Part shown: positions 12,754 through 27,550 of the stretch, piece after piece
How positions within the stretch are numbered: position 1 is the first letter of the stretch
Layout of the letters: each line of letters begins with the position of its first letter
Assembly: GCA_964016885.1 (NCBI GenBank)
Contig: OZ024747.1
Span: 80,166,001-80,230,000, forward strand
Direction of reading: 5' to 3'
DNA from: Eledone cirrhosa
Taxonomy: Eukaryota
Length of the DNA stretch: 64,000 bases
Notes under the pieces: generated by a model
Database searches by the model: none
What the model saw: only the letters and a program-made list of their open reading frames with translations
Told to the model about the DNA's origin: nothing
Translations under genes and position numbers: made by a program

Positions 12754-13737
12754 GTATCTGTGTGTGTTTGTGTGTATGTATATATATAACATTGCGGGTT
12801 GTCCGACTTTCTGTTTGCATATATATATATATATGTATGTGTGTATGTATTTATATCCGATATAATCCCCCCTCACACACATATATATATAAGAGTAAGA
12901 AATATAGTGAATACGAGAAAGAATGAAAATGAGAAATATTGTAAAGTTCATATATCAATAACTGGAAATAAATGGAAATATCTGGAAATATAAATGAATA
13001 AAATACCTTAAATTGTAATAAAAAAGAAAAACCTTTATAAAAATGGATGCTCAAAACTAATTGTAGATCGATTAGTTTGAAAAATAATGGTTTATATCGA
13101 ACTGCGAGACAATAGAATTACTTTTGCCACGCAACTAACCACATGTAGACTTTCTTAGGTTGTCGAAATAATCGAAGCAAAGGAATTGTTCTGATATCGC
13201 AAATATTTTCACTGGTTCCATGAAATTGTATAGAGGACTGCAACACTATTATTGTCTATTGTATGTGAATATATGTCTTATGTGACTGCGTGTATGTGTT
13301 GGTTTTAAACGTGTGCGCACGCGTGTGTGTCTGTGTTGGTTTTAAACGTGTGCGCATGCGTGTGTGTCTGTTGAAAGACGTTCAAATGATATAAGTATAT
13401 AACAATATCTTCGCATTACATTCCTTTCTATCGTTCTCAACGTTTTCCTCCCCCTATTCCTCCCCTTCTTTCTCACTTGCCCTCGTTTTCCCCCTTCTTT
13501 CTCACTTGCCCTCACTTTCCCCCTTCTTTCTTACTTGCTCCCCCCTTTCTTTCTCACTTGCCCTCTCTTTCTTTTTCTCTATTTTATAAGTTAATGAAAT
13601 TCCGTTTATGGTTTGGCTGTGTTCAATTTTGTCAATGATGTACACATTCATATATACACACATACCAACATGGATACGAGCACGTATATCCACACACACA
13701 CACACGCACACGCACACGCACACACACACACACACAC

Positions 13738-13785
<48 letters not shown>

Positions 13786-13966
13786 TCATTCATACATTTG
13801 CAGACATGAATACTTACATACACAGAAATGAACGCGCATACACACATACAAGAACAACCCAAACACGTACAAAAATACACATACAGATATAACATAATTA
13901 CACATAAGCAGAAACACACACACACAATTACAGGTGGTCATATATTTAAGCCAACACACAAATCTA

Positions 13967-14038
<72 letters not shown>

Positions 14039-14371
14039 TACAGCCGGCCATATATTTAAGCGAACACACATCTATAAACACATATACATTACTACACTCG
14101 GCCATATATTTAAGCCAACACACACACACATACACAAACACACACACAAACACACACACACAAACACACACAGAGACAACTACACTCGGTCATATATTTC
14201 AGCCAACAAACAAATCTAGAAACACAAGGCAAGGAAGGAGAACAAAATGGCCGCCATATAGAATCAATGAAACTCCCATGTTGAATCAAAGTCGATGAAA
14301 TTGTTAACATAGTTTCACATGTCTATTTATAATGGTTCTTTCTCCTTATCCGCCATCTTGTTCTTCGGTCA

Positions 14372-14425
<54 letters not shown>

Positions 14426-14785
14426 GCTGCTACTACTGCTACTACTACTGCTACTACTGCTACAACAACTACTACTACTACTGCTGCTACTACTATTGCT
14501 ACTACTGATGCTGATGATGATGCTGTTTATGTTCTTCCCATCATCATCATCATCATCATCATCTTCCTCATCATCTTCTTCCTCTTCTCCTTTTTCTTCT
14601 TTTCTTTTCTTTCTTTTCTTTTCTTTCTTCCTTTCTTTCTTTTTTTCTTTCTTTTTCTTTCTTTCTTTATTTTCTTTCTTTCTTTCGTTTCTTTTCTTTC
14701 TTTCTTTTTTCTTTCTTTCTTTCTTTTCTTTCTTTTTCTTTCTTTTTAACTACTTTTCTTTCTTTTTTCTTTCTTTCTTTCTTTC
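14372..14785. repeat. Compound (CTA)n/(CTG)n/(CAT)n/(CTTT)n microsatellite
   Basis: Directly visible. Confidence 0.95.
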
Positions 14786-15167
14786 CCCGTTTTTATCGTC
14801 TTCAGTTTATAAATGTTGTTTATATTTATAATTCCAACAGTCAAAAAGCCCATCTAATTATTATTCATTAGCTCTTTTATTGATTATGCCTGACGTAACT
14901 AATCAATAGTTGAACCTTGCTCTTTCAACCTTCCTTCTCCATCTTGCTACTTTCATTGGGTCACCATTTTTTAGCGTCCCTCACTATTTTTTTACATCGG
15001 ATACGTTGTTGTTTTCTCTCCGACATTTTTCACTTTTGACACAACCGCTCTCTCATCCCCCCTCGCCGACACTAAATATAACTACTTCGTTTTCTTTTCA
15101 CACTTTCTTTACCACACTAATGCGCATGCACCCCCCCCCACCCATATATATATATGTGTATATTTAT

Positions 15168-15221
<54 letters not shown>

Positions 15222-15336
15222 ATAATAATAAATGTGAAGACTGAAATCCAAAGAGGGCTCGATAAGGATAAATATATATCAAATATATAAGAACCCTAGA
15301 GCAAATATTAATCTGTTATTTTAATAAATATATATC

Positions 15337-15441
15337 TAGGGAGTGTAATTTGGAGTTACTGTCGGCTTACCCGGGTGAGCACTCGATGTTTAGGTTCACT
15401 TCAGTGTCGAGGTGTAGAGCTAGACAGAGTGTATTATAGTG
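15337..15441 (-). repeat. Isolated copy of the family B tail
   Basis: Reverse complement of about 11978-12083 (ctctgtctagctctacacctcgacactgaagtgaacctaaacatcgagtgctca). Confidence 0.85.
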
Positions 15442-15463
15442 GTAGTGGGTTGTGCGGTGGTAT

Positions 15464-15557
<94 letters not shown>

Positions 15558-15873
15558 GTGAGGTTTTTTTTACAAAATGAAAAATAACCGAGGTGTCCTA
15601 CACGAGTGAAAGTATAAAGAAAAAAAGGTGAAATCGAAAATGCAACTGGAGTCTTATTTAACTGGAGTCTTATTTAAAAAAAAAAATATAAATATATATA
15701 TTTATTTGGTTCCTTTACCGGTTCCGCAGTTCTTCTGCTTTTCAAAAGTAGAGTTGAGATATATATATTTAATATAGAAATGGCTTCTACAGTCTACAGA
15801 GCTAGAACTGTTTCATTCGGGAAGCCCTGATGATTTCGACGGCTATTTCTGGACTAAATCACACTTCCTTCGT

Positions 15874-15905
<32 letters not shown>

Positions 15906-16715
15906 ATATGTTATTCCCACTCAACTACCCTTTCTTATGTCGTATTCCGTTCTCATTCATTTTCGCAATCTTCTTTTATATAAATTGAATGAAAAGATTT
16001 ATTATTCTATATAACACACACAAACACACGCAGATCCGTGCAGATTTCATATTCAGTCCAGAGAAGTAAATATAAGAATCGATATAGCATTACATCTCTG
16101 TGCGTGAGTGTATATATATATATATATATATATATTGATCGAATAACTGGAACATTCATCGTCGAATCGAATGAAAGTTCCTTTCATTCCATTTTATCGC
16201 CCCTGGAAGGATGTAAGGCAAGGGTGACTGCCATGGTAATTGAACTCAGAACGTAAAGGGCTGTAACTAAATACTAGAAAGTAGTTTGTTCCTCGTTCTA
16301 ACGACCCTGTCAATTCACAGCTCATAGAAATCTGTATTGTTACTTATGAAAGTTTCCTAAACAAATCCTAGTCAAAATGTTGCCGTTGCTGTTGTTATTG
16401 CTAGTACTGTTAGTGTTGCTTTGCCTCAGGTAATTTCAGCCGTGGGCGTTCAATTTTTTGAAAGATATACCGAACTGCATTTCAATTTCGCAGATAATAT
16501 CTTTAGAAAAAACCCCAATAAATGAAAAGAAACAACATTAACAACACAATTTCATATTTCCATTCAATCAAAATCCTTTTCATTCAACAGAACTTCTTGT
16601 GAGTCCGTGGAGTTGCTAGAAATAGCAACCAAATATTTCTATAAACCACACACGGCAGCCGTAAAGAAATAACAACCCGCAGAAAAGACACATTTCATTA
16701 TGTAGCCTTATAGAC

Positions 16716-16910
16716 CAGACCTGGCAACTTCTAAAAACCTAAACGGGGAGTATCATGAAAAAAAAGTGCCCCCAAACGGGGAGAAATGAGGCAAAATGGG
16801 GAGATTTTACATAATAAAAGCTATACCCATTTTCACAAGAGAAGACAAATCTCCTCGCCCTAAAGTGTGTGGGAGATCTCCCCGTCGGACAGGAAGAGTT
16901 GACAGGTCTA
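16716..16910. mobile_element. hAT-like MITE, copy 3
   Basis: TIRs cagacctggcaactt / gagttgacaggtcta. Homologous to copies 1 and 2. Confidence 0.82.
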
Positions 16911-19029
16911 ATGTAGTCTTATATACACTAAGGCCAGTATGTTTTCAAACCATTAAGCTGTTCGGCTACTTTACGAATGAACACCAGATTCTATTTATTT
17001 TCCTTTCTTCTTAAATATTTACTTTAACTCCATCTCACTGCCAACGCTTTCACCATGAACAATTCGGACTTCACCACCACCACTACCACCACCAACACCA
17101 ACACCACCAACACCAACACCATCATCACAAACCACAAAAATTATCGCTACCACTCAAATCTCTCTACTAGAACATTAATTAATGGTTTTAGTGATAGTGG
17201 ATGAATTGGTTGACAAATGTATTTTAGTTCGATTGGATTTTCGCCGAGACCATAGGAAGACGACGATAAATACAAATTATGGCTGCAATAGAATCACAAT
17301 TGGTTTTTGTGTCCGCTGCTATTTTGGCTGAGGGCCTCTGAATATAAACATAAAAATAACCCCTCCGGGTTGATTATCTTCAATGATTACTTATTGGTTA
17401 TGATTTTGGTTTTGATTTTTATTGTTGTTGCTGTTGTTGTTGTTGTTGTTATTATTATTGCTTTTGTTGAGTTGTATGTCTGAATATACAAATAAAAAAA
17501 GTCCAGGAAATCAAACAAAAATAAATATATAAATAAAATAAATAAAACAAAAGAAAAGCGATCGTTTCAAAACGAGGTTAACTTTATTTTGAAATCTAGA
17601 TAAAACCAAACCACAAGTTTATTTAGTAGCAGACGATCCAAAACAATGCTGTATATCAAATGGTTATATCAGAATCATCGGCATTTCTTTGTTTCTTTTT
17701 GTCTTCCTTGTTTTCTTTCTCTTTCTTTCTTTCTTTCCCTCTTTCTTTCTTTCATTTACCCTACTTCTCTCCCTCTATCCGATCGTTTTAATATTTTTCT
17801 AGGTGAACAGTTCAAATTATATCTATAAGACCAATGGGTTGTCGGGGGAAGTGTTTGGGTGGAGATATCGTTTTATGTTCTGACGGCGGGAAGAGGGGTT
17901 TTCGCTGTGATGATGGCGGCTTTTATTGGTTCGTTAACTTCCAAATATAGAATTATAACTTTGTTGTTACTGCTCTCCATTCACCCACCTTCTGTTTCAC
18001 TCACCCTATCGCTACACTGTATCTCAGATTTTATACCCAAGTCTTGTTTTTAACCAAGAACTTTGTCGGGACGCTTAGAAGTAATTTAGTTTGTCGGATG
18101 AACTGTTAAATAGCGCTGGTGTTAATGCCGTTATTATTGATGTTACTGCTTGCGGATTATGTCTGGTAGTTATTATTGATGATGATGGTGATGGTGGGGG
18201 TAGGGATGATGGTGACGGCCATGGCGGTGTCAAGAATTTTTTATGCCGAGGGTTAGTTTTTATGACAGTTAATTATTGTTGTTAATGTTGTTACTGGTAG
18301 TGTAGTGATGGTGGCGAGGATAGTATTGGTTGTAGTTGTTTGGTGATGATAGCAATGATGTTGACTACTTTTATCGTTAGTGGTGTTGTTGTTCTTGTTG
18401 TGGTGGTGCTGGTATGGAGTCTGTTGTTAATACTGTACACGAGCGCAGGAAGTTCCACGAGCCAGTACACGTCATTAGCCGTTAAAATCGACAGAACTGT
18501 CCGGCTAATACAGTCAATGAGTGAAGCCATAGTTTCGAATTAAGAATGAGTTTTCTTTGTTCTTTTGAATTTAAAGTTACGCCTATGGAGTATGGAAGCG
18601 TACCAGCAACATTAATCCTATTTTGATCGGATCGATACAACATGAGTATCAATTTAGGAAAAATCACATATAAAATAAACATCTGCATCCTGATCTATTG
18701 CCAAAAGATCTCGTGAAATTTTGTGGAACTCTTATTACACGCCACACCTAAATCCAGACGACTCTGTAAGCACACAACGCCATAACATACAGAGACTAAT
18801 TTGTTTCCAACTCCATTTTGAAATCTCTGCCATTAATCAGCTCTTTATTTACTTCAGCCTCTCTCACAGAAACTAAAACACGCTCACACAGTAAATAACT
18901 TTGTCGTCCCCATTTTGCTTACTCTCTTTACTTACAATATGCACAAAAAATACAATATAGTTATTACAATAATCTCCAACAAAATGTGTGTGCATGTATA
19001 CATACTTAATGGTGATACCGAGTGTTTTG

Positions 19030-20060
19030 AAACGGAAACTCAAGTTCTCTCTCCTGATGGTGATGCCGAGATTTTAGAATCCCAGCGGTGATATAGTGAA
19101 ACCATTACTTTTTATAAGCGCTCTTGGCTATGTCACGAGGAAAGCTATTGTTAATGAACAATATCTCAACTTTACATTGATAAAAATGAGAAGTAAGTGA
19201 AACCCACCAACTGATATATGTGATACAGAGTTTACTGAGGACAGTTCTTCAATCAAATAAATTTGATCAAGCTCAAGAACTTCATCATAAAGTTGAATGT
19301 TCTGCCAGTTTAATTGATCTACACATAAATGTTACCAAGAGAGTACATGTCATTAAACTAAGAAGACAGAAATGGTGTCACACTCGATGGTGAGATACTA
19401 AATTGAGTTGATGATTTTTAATATTTATGCAACTGGATGAGTTCATCAAAGAAGGACATTGACATTAGATTTTACCAAAGCCTGGGTTGCAGTGAACAAC
19501 ACGGAAAGGATATAGATGTCAGATCTAACCAGAAAAATCAAAATATCATTCTTCACCTCATCTGCTGAGTCGGTGTTGTTGTATGGATCAGGCACATAGA
19601 CCCTGACACAAGCACTTGAGTCAGTGTTGTTGTATGGATCAGGCACATAGACCCTGACACAAGCACTTGAGTCAGTGTTGTTGTATGGATCGAGTACATG
19701 GACCCTGACGCAAGCATTTGAGAAGAAACTAGATGATGCATACACTAAAATATTTAGGGTTGTACAAAAGATAAATTGGCATTAGTGTATTACAAATGGA
19801 AATTTATACAGGTACTTGCCCAAAATAACAACAACAATTGCTGAAAGAGGTTTACAATTTGTAGGACATTCCTGGAGAATTAAACAGGAAGTTATACCAA
19901 AGCTACTATTGTGGGAACCAACTCATTGGAGATGCAGTAGAGGAAGACATGCACGAACCTTCAATGATCAACTCGCAGACGATAGAAACATCAGTAGAGA
20001 GCAGTTGCTAGGAGAAATGGAAAATAGTGAATTGTGAAGAGATTTTGTCAGGAATATTCG
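19030..20060 (+). mobile_element. Decayed RTE-clade LINE, RT C-terminal half, with a 51-bp triplication at 19566-19720
   Basis: ESVLLYGS.TWTLTQAFEKKLDDAYTKIFRVV; LPKITTTIAERGLQFVGHSWR..LLLWEP....RGR. Confidence 0.8.
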
Positions 20061-20192
20061 ACTGTGGTCGCAATGATGATAATGATGATATGTGTGTGAG
20101 TGTGTGTGTGTATGTGCGTGTGTGTGTGTGCGTACGCGCGTGCGCGCGTATGAGAGAGAGAGAGAAAGAGAGAGAGAGAGATGGATAGATAG

Positions 20193-20225
<33 letters not shown>

Positions 20226-20712
20226 ATCGCATAATTTATAAACAAAAAAATGCATAATTTAGTTAACTTACTAATCTTATTCAATTATTCAGTGAGGTTT
20301 TTGACTCTGAAATTATTTGAAATTGCTTCACTGCCCGGGTCAAAAGTTGTAGCTTTTATTTTAATACAATATTGCAGATTTAATAAAAGAAATAATTGAG
20401 AGATCCTAAGAGCCACATGAGATAGAATAAAGAACCACATGTTACTCCAGAGCTGCATGTTTCAGACCCTTCCCATAGAAGCTCAGTCTTTGTCTAAAAG
20501 TCTTTGTTACGTTTCAATGTAGTCACACGCTTTTCACATGGAAAACAAAATATACCAAGCAAAGAAATAATTCCTGTTGCTGTTCGGAGCTTGAGATTTT
20601 AGTTATGAATAGGTGCAGATTCTATTACAAAAAATCGATGTTGCAAAACAAAATTCTGGATGCCAGAAAAATTATGCTCACTTTCTTCATTCTTTCTCCT
20701 ATCTTAACCACT

Positions 20713-20794
20713 TTCTTCTTGGTCTAGGGGTTAAGGCGATGGACTAGAAATCTCTTGGGTTCTCTCCGCATAGATTCGTACTGTATCAGCGATG
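20713..20794 (+). pseudogene. Degenerate tRNA-Ser(AGA) pseudogene
   Basis: ggttaaggcgatggactAGAaatc...ggg...ccgc..agattcg matches eukaryotic tRNA-Ser(AGA). The acceptor and T stems are disrupted. Confidence 0.8.
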
Positions 20795-21221
20795 TTTGAG
20801 TATCCTTCAAGACATTATCCATCGTAGCCGCTGTCTAATGATTGAAACCAGTTAGAGAATAAAATAATACCCATTTCTACATCTGATTTCTATATCAACT
20901 CATTAACTCCACCTTCAGATTTGCAACGAATATCATCCATTTAGGAAAATAGATGGTTGTAAGGTAACAGAATTGAATCATGTAGTATTGACAACAGATA
21001 TGACAATCGCCTTCTATTATTCAACCCCGTATTTCTGTTGAAATATCTGTAGTTCACAATAGTTTCTTGATAGTCACTTAGTTTCAGACTCGCAGTTATC
21101 TTTTACTGATGGTTTATGTATATATGTATGTATGTTTGTATGTATGTATGTACATATGTATGTATGTACATATGTATGTATATGTATATGTGTATATACA
21201 TTGGTGCATGTGTATGTACAT

Positions 21222-21538
21222 GCGCGGGGACATAGAAAAAGTCAGGCTCGACTCCTAGCCTTTTTCAGAGCATTCTTCTAGGAGAAGGCAACTCAGGAAA
21301 CTGGGATAACTCCGATATAAAACCTGCGGCTCAGTAGTTACCGATGATGTTGATATTTTCTTCTTTTCGGGTTATAGCTACTGTCGCTAAGAGAGTGGGA
21401 TTGGCTCAGTGCACAGTCTTTCCTCACTTTAAAAAATATCTTCACGCACAGGCATTGCACGATAGAATTAATTAATAATTATTAATAATGGTATAACGTG
21501 CAATAGTGATACTCGATAACGAGGAGGCAGCCATCATG
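21222..21538 (+). repeat. Non-autonomous dispersed repeat ending in (TATG)n
   Basis: Reverse complement of 6958-7310. Ends gcagccatcatgtatgtatg. Confidence 0.8.
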
Positions 21539-21550
21539 TATGTATGTATG

Positions 21551-22001
21551 CTCTTCTGGTTTTATAATTTCACAAAGTTTTACCAATAGAGAGAGAGTCG
21601 GTTTGTAACATAGACACAAGACTCTCTCATTGGAATTTACACAACATCAACTAGGTAGATATGTATGTATGCATGTGTAGATATGGATGTTATTGTATGT
21701 GTGGATGTGTATGTTTTGAGTTGTATGTGTGCATGTGTATATGCTTTGTATCTGTACATGTGTATATGCAGTTATTAGATGCAAAAGTTTTGGAATGTTT
21801 TACATATTTTTACTGTTCCATTAATGGATTGTACTTGTAGTTTCCTAACTAGTTGTGTTCTTTCTGTTCCTGTGAAGCCTTGCTTCTCAAGATTTGTATT
21901 GATGCAGTTACTAACATATCCCAGTGCCCCAATAATCACAGGCATAAATCTGAAGGTGTAATCAGGGTGGAGTATCTGCAGATTTCTCATCAGTTCTGCA
22001 T
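21551..22001 (-). mobile_element. 3' fragment of a second R4/Dong-like RLE LINE
   Basis: ELMRNLQILHPDYTFRFMPVIIGALGY...GTVKICKTF is homologous to 168-620. (TATG)n on both sides. Confidence 0.85.
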
Positions 22002-22557
22002 AAATGTATGTATGTATGTATGTATGTATGTATGTATGTATGTATGTATGTATGTATGTATGTATGTATGTATGTATGTATGTATGTATGGGTGGAGGAA
22101 CTCAGCAGTGTCAACGGCTATCCAAATAGCATTTATTCTTTTTTTTTCCACCTGGGAGTGAATGGCCCGCAGTTGTTGTCGCAACACCTTTCTAGGAGAG
22201 GGAAACTCTGAAAAAACAACAACCTGCGGAGCGGAAGCATCCGGGTAGTGTTCTCGATGCTCAGTGAGTGGGATTGGTCAAGTGAAAGGCCTTTCCCTAC
22301 TTAAAAAATCTTCAAATCACAGACATTGCTTGTTCAGGATATATTACAGGTTCGGGTTTTGTTGGCCGTAGCCTAAAAATGCACCATTTTCTGCAATCTA
22401 CCAAGCAATTGCAATACTCTTAGCAGAGTTTGCAGTCATCATGTATGTATGTATGTATGTATGTATGTATGTATGTATGTATGTATGTATGTATGTATGT
22501 ATGTATGTATGTATGTATGTATGTATGTATGTATGTACCTATCTATATATCTATCTA

Positions 22558-23142
22558 TGTGAACAGCTGCTGTCACGTGTGGGACGCATCCAGTTGTCAG
22601 CCGAGTCCATCGTGAGGATCACCCCGCCGCCTTCATTTAAGAACAAAGGAGAGGCGGTTTTCCTCTGTCTGGTGGCTATGGTGAAAGAGGTAATATGGTG
22701 GACGAGGTTAAAAGGACTGAGGGCAAGCACCTCTCTCTCAGGACAACAACTCATCCCCTTCTTTAAGTACCACTTCAGAAGGAAGGTGAGAGTGGAGAGA
22801 GAGGTGCTACACCCCAGTAAATTCGCTGAAAGGTGGGTGAATGTGGCAAAAATGGCCCGAGTGAATGGGCCTTCTCTGTATACAAACCTGTAGGTTGAGG
22901 AAAATAAACAGAGGGAAGACAGGAACACCTACAAAACGTGTTCCGGGTGTTGAGGGTTGTTCTATCCACGGGGTGTAAAACAACCCTGCAGTAACGTTTC
23001 TCCCTAATGGGGCTTTCAATTGTTATTTTATTATATATAGTTTATTGTTATTTATTAATGTTAAAGTTATTTTTATGTAAAACCCCCGCCGTCACGTCTT
23101 GTAATGTCCCATTTTTGTACGCCCCTGTGGCAAATAAAGAAA
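22558..23142 (+). mobile_element. Tx1/L1 3' fragment
   Basis: EQLLSRVGRIQLSAESIV..KEVIWWTRLKG..KFAERW..ARVNG, then a 3' UTR ending aataaagaaa. Preceded by atctatctat. Confidence 0.88.
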
Positions 23143-24388
23143 TATATCTATGTATGTACGTACGTATGTATGTATATGTGTGAATGCATGTATATATGTA
23201 ATGAGTCATGAAAGCACGTGGCTTAGTTGTTAGGATATTCGGCTGAATTACTGGCTGCGTTGCGTCCTTGAACAAAGCTCTTTATTTCGTGTCGCTCCAG
23301 TCGATTTAGCCTTTAAAAAAATGAGTTGTTTCTGTAATCTAAAAGTTCAGCTTTGTCACACACCGTATCACTTTGAATCTTACTGAGTATTACATTAAGC
23401 GTACACGTATCTGTGTGGAATATTTAGCCTCTTGCACGTTAATTCCACAAGGAGGCTATTCCGTTGTTCAAACAACTGCAACATTCGTTGTCTGAACCAT
23501 CAGAGATCCAACACACAAAATATGACTCATCGATTTTTTCTGTTTTTTTTTTTTTACAATTCTTCCAAATTTCCTGCTATTTTATTCTTCTACTCTGTTC
23601 TATCCATAATATCATTATCATTCCATTTCTCTCTCCCCTGTCTCCCTCTTCCGTTCACCAGTTCCTTTCTTCCAGTTTCTTATCGAACATCTTAAAAACT
23701 GCTCCCTTTATATTTTATACATTCATTTCATCCACCCATCTAACTCCCTAGAGTCCTTCGCCCTCTCTCTCTCTAACCATCTCTATTTTTCTATATAACA
23801 CATTAGCTTCCCCTTAACCTCTCTATCATTACTTATCTCTCTGCTTCCACGCTCTTACTTTCATATCTGTCGTAGTTACCTTCTATTCCCTAGAAACTCT
23901 ATAGGAAGAAGCAGCCGCAATCCAAAAATTGTATATACCGCAAGATGTTTTTGCTTCAAATGATTATCTGTCAATAACATTACATTTATTAGGAAATTGG
24001 TAAAGGAAGCTGGAAAGTAGAAAGAGAAAGAAGAAAAACAATGAAAGAGTAAAAGCAAGAAAAACGATAGTTAAACAAAAATGGGCGCAAATTGAACAAG
24101 GAATACGATATTAGAAAGAAAAGGGATAAGAGGAAAATAAGGAATCGAAAGAAAAATGGAAGATCCAAGAGACACAAATATGAAGAAGAAATTATTAAAA
24201 TTGGAAAGAAAAGTAGATGACTAGAGGAAGAAGAGAAAGATGAATGAATTAGAAAATGAATGAGTGAAGATGGCAGGGAATGAAATAAAAAGATGAGTCC
24301 GTAATATTTTAGCGACTCCTCAGGCAACTTCATTTATCGAACTCTATTTGCCGAAACTTTTACGTTACGGGAGAAAAACTAAAACACA

Positions 24389-24441
<53 letters not shown>

Positions 24442-24590
24442 ACACACACAGAGTTTCCATTTGGTAACAGGCAGTGGCAATAGGCGGAAGGACAAGAGCG
24501 TTCTTTGATTGTATCTTTTGAGCACGTTACATATGTTAGTTTTTGCATGTATGCCTCTCTCTCTCGTCTAAATATATATATGTGCTTGTC

Positions 24591-24628
<38 letters not shown>

Positions 24629-24715
24629 TATATTCTTTTTTTAAAATTCTTTTACTGGTTTCAGTTATTAGACAGTGAAACAGTACCTTTATACCATGTA
24701 TAAACAATTAATGTT

Positions 24716-24889
24716 AGCAAAGCCTGCTTTCTCCGTTTAGGATCTTCAAAACATTTGTTATTAGATTAAATTTGGTTTTCGTTAAAACTTTTGCATGTTC
24801 ATTTTCATGCAGGAGTTACAACGGAAAAGCAATTTAACCTAATAACAAATGTTTTGAAGATACATAACGGAAAAAGCAGGTTTTGATAA
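24716..24889. repeat. Imperfect hairpin element of about 175 bp (MITE-like)
   Basis: aaagcctgctttctccgtt...atcttcaaaacatttgttattag pairs with ctaataacaaatgttttgaagat...aacggaaaaagcaggtttt. Confidence 0.75.
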
Positions 24890-26056
24890 TAGTCTAGCCT
24901 GAAAATGAAACATGTAAGTTGCTGAGCACTCTACAGAGACGTGTATCATTTACATAATTGTTGGAGAGATTAAGCGTGATACCGTGTGACAATGATGGTT
25001 CTTTGAATTACTGGTATAGTCCAACTACAGGCTTCCAAACGGGTTTCTGTCTACTGAATTCTACTCACGAAATTTGAATCGTCTTGAGACTATGCTAAGA
25101 ACACTTGCACAAGATGCCACGCAGTGGTATCGAACCCATCATCTTGTGATTTAGAAGCGAACTATTTAACCCCTGAAGCATGTCTGCGTGAAACGTACAA
25201 ACGTACGCTTAATATCACAAAATAAGCCAGTAGATTGGCATTGTTGGTAGCACGTCGAAAAAAAAAATGGTCTAGCGGTATTTCATTATGTCCCCTTACA
25301 CTGAAATCGTTTCCGAGAGAGAACAAATAAATATCTGGCTATTTTCCGCTAGTCCTTAACATTTTGTAGAATTTGTACGTAACTAAAAAAAAACGTGTTA
25401 TATCTAATTATCAACTCTGTTATTAGCAGCCGAGCTATGGAAACGATGGCGATGGGGTGTCTGGACAAGATGATTTTGCAGTATTTATATTCACTCTTTT
25501 GTAGTAGTACTGGGCTCAGCTTTGCTCTTCACCCCTCGAGGTTCAATAAAATAAGTCGATTGAACGACGCTGTCTCTCATATATAATTTGTGGCTTTTTA
25601 CCAATGTAATAAATTATTACAAATACAGGGACGGCGGAGAGATAAAGGCGATATAGTGCGAGGCTGAATAAAGCCAACACCAACACTACCATCCAAATAT
25701 ATCCCGCTTCCAACAGACTTATGGCATGTTTCCAATATATGAAATCTTTGAAATTATTAGACACTCACAGACAAACATACATACATACATACTTACATAC
25801 ACACATACATACATATTTACGTACATACATGCATACATACATACATACATGCATACATACACACACACACATACATACATACGTACATACATACACACAC
25901 ATACATACATACGTACATACATACAAACATATATACATACGTACATACATACAAACATACATACAGTATGCGCATGTATTGGGGGTATATTGTAATCGTT
26001 AACATCGTTTACACAAAGTCGGCTAGTCTACGTCTGGGGACTAATTTTCTTACTCC

Positions 26057-26151
<95 letters not shown>

Positions 26152-27001
26152 ATATATATATTATATAGCATGCCTATTGTTTTATATATATTTTTTAAAA
26201 AATAAAAAATAAAATGTGTGCCAGACGGAAAGCCTACATATTGTTGTTTACTATATTTGCAGAACTGTGAAGAAAAAGAAAGAATAATTTTAGAATTGTC
26301 ATATTTAAATTAAAGGATATTTCAACTGCAAAATATTCTCATTTCTAAATATGGTTCCCCCACCCCCTCCAAAAAAACAACAACAAAGAATAAAAACAAC
26401 AACTAAACGTTTAAAGAAAAAGAAACGAAAATAAAGAAAAATAAAAAAATAAGAAATAAAAAAAAATCAATATTTGATTTATTTTCTGTTCTAATTTAAG
26501 TCGCGAGTATATTTGAGAAAAAAAATATAATTTATAAGAAACATATGTTAGCAAAGAAAACAATTCAACTTGTTTCTCTAGGCTTTTCAAATTCCTTCCC
26601 GACACCTTCCTATGTTAGCTGATGTCTCAAACTCTCACACTAGCTCTTATGGTTTCTCACTTTTTTCTTTCTCTATCTCTCTGTCATCTCGTCTTACCTT
26701 GTTCGCTCTTTCTCTATCTCTCTGTCATCTTGTCTTACCTTGTTCGCTCTTTCTCTATCTCTCTGTCATCTTGTCTTACCTTGTTCGCTCTTTCTCTCTC
26801 GTCTCTCTTTCTTTCTCTCTCTCTCTCTCACGCTCTCTCTGTCACTCTCTCTCTATTACTATCTCTATCACACACTCTATCACCATTTCTGCCATCATTC
26901 GCCCTGGTTTCTCCCTCGTGATGTCATGTATATATATAAATATATATGTGTGTGTATGTATGTGTTTTATATAAACGTAGCTACATACCCTCCCCAGTGC
27001 A

Positions 27002-27039
<38 letters not shown>

Positions 27040-27044
27040 ATATA

Positions 27045-27420
<376 letters not shown>

Positions 27421-27421
27421 C

Positions 27422-27550
<129 letters not shown>

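Noticed and set aside
14319-14831. 170-aa Leu/Ser/Phe-rich ORF and the many YIYI, CVCV and THTH ORFs
   Set aside because: They are microsatellite translations.
19566-19720. CRISPR-like regular repeats (also 26669-26790)
   Set aside because: They are plain tandem duplications with no spacers, in eukaryotic DNA with no cas genes.
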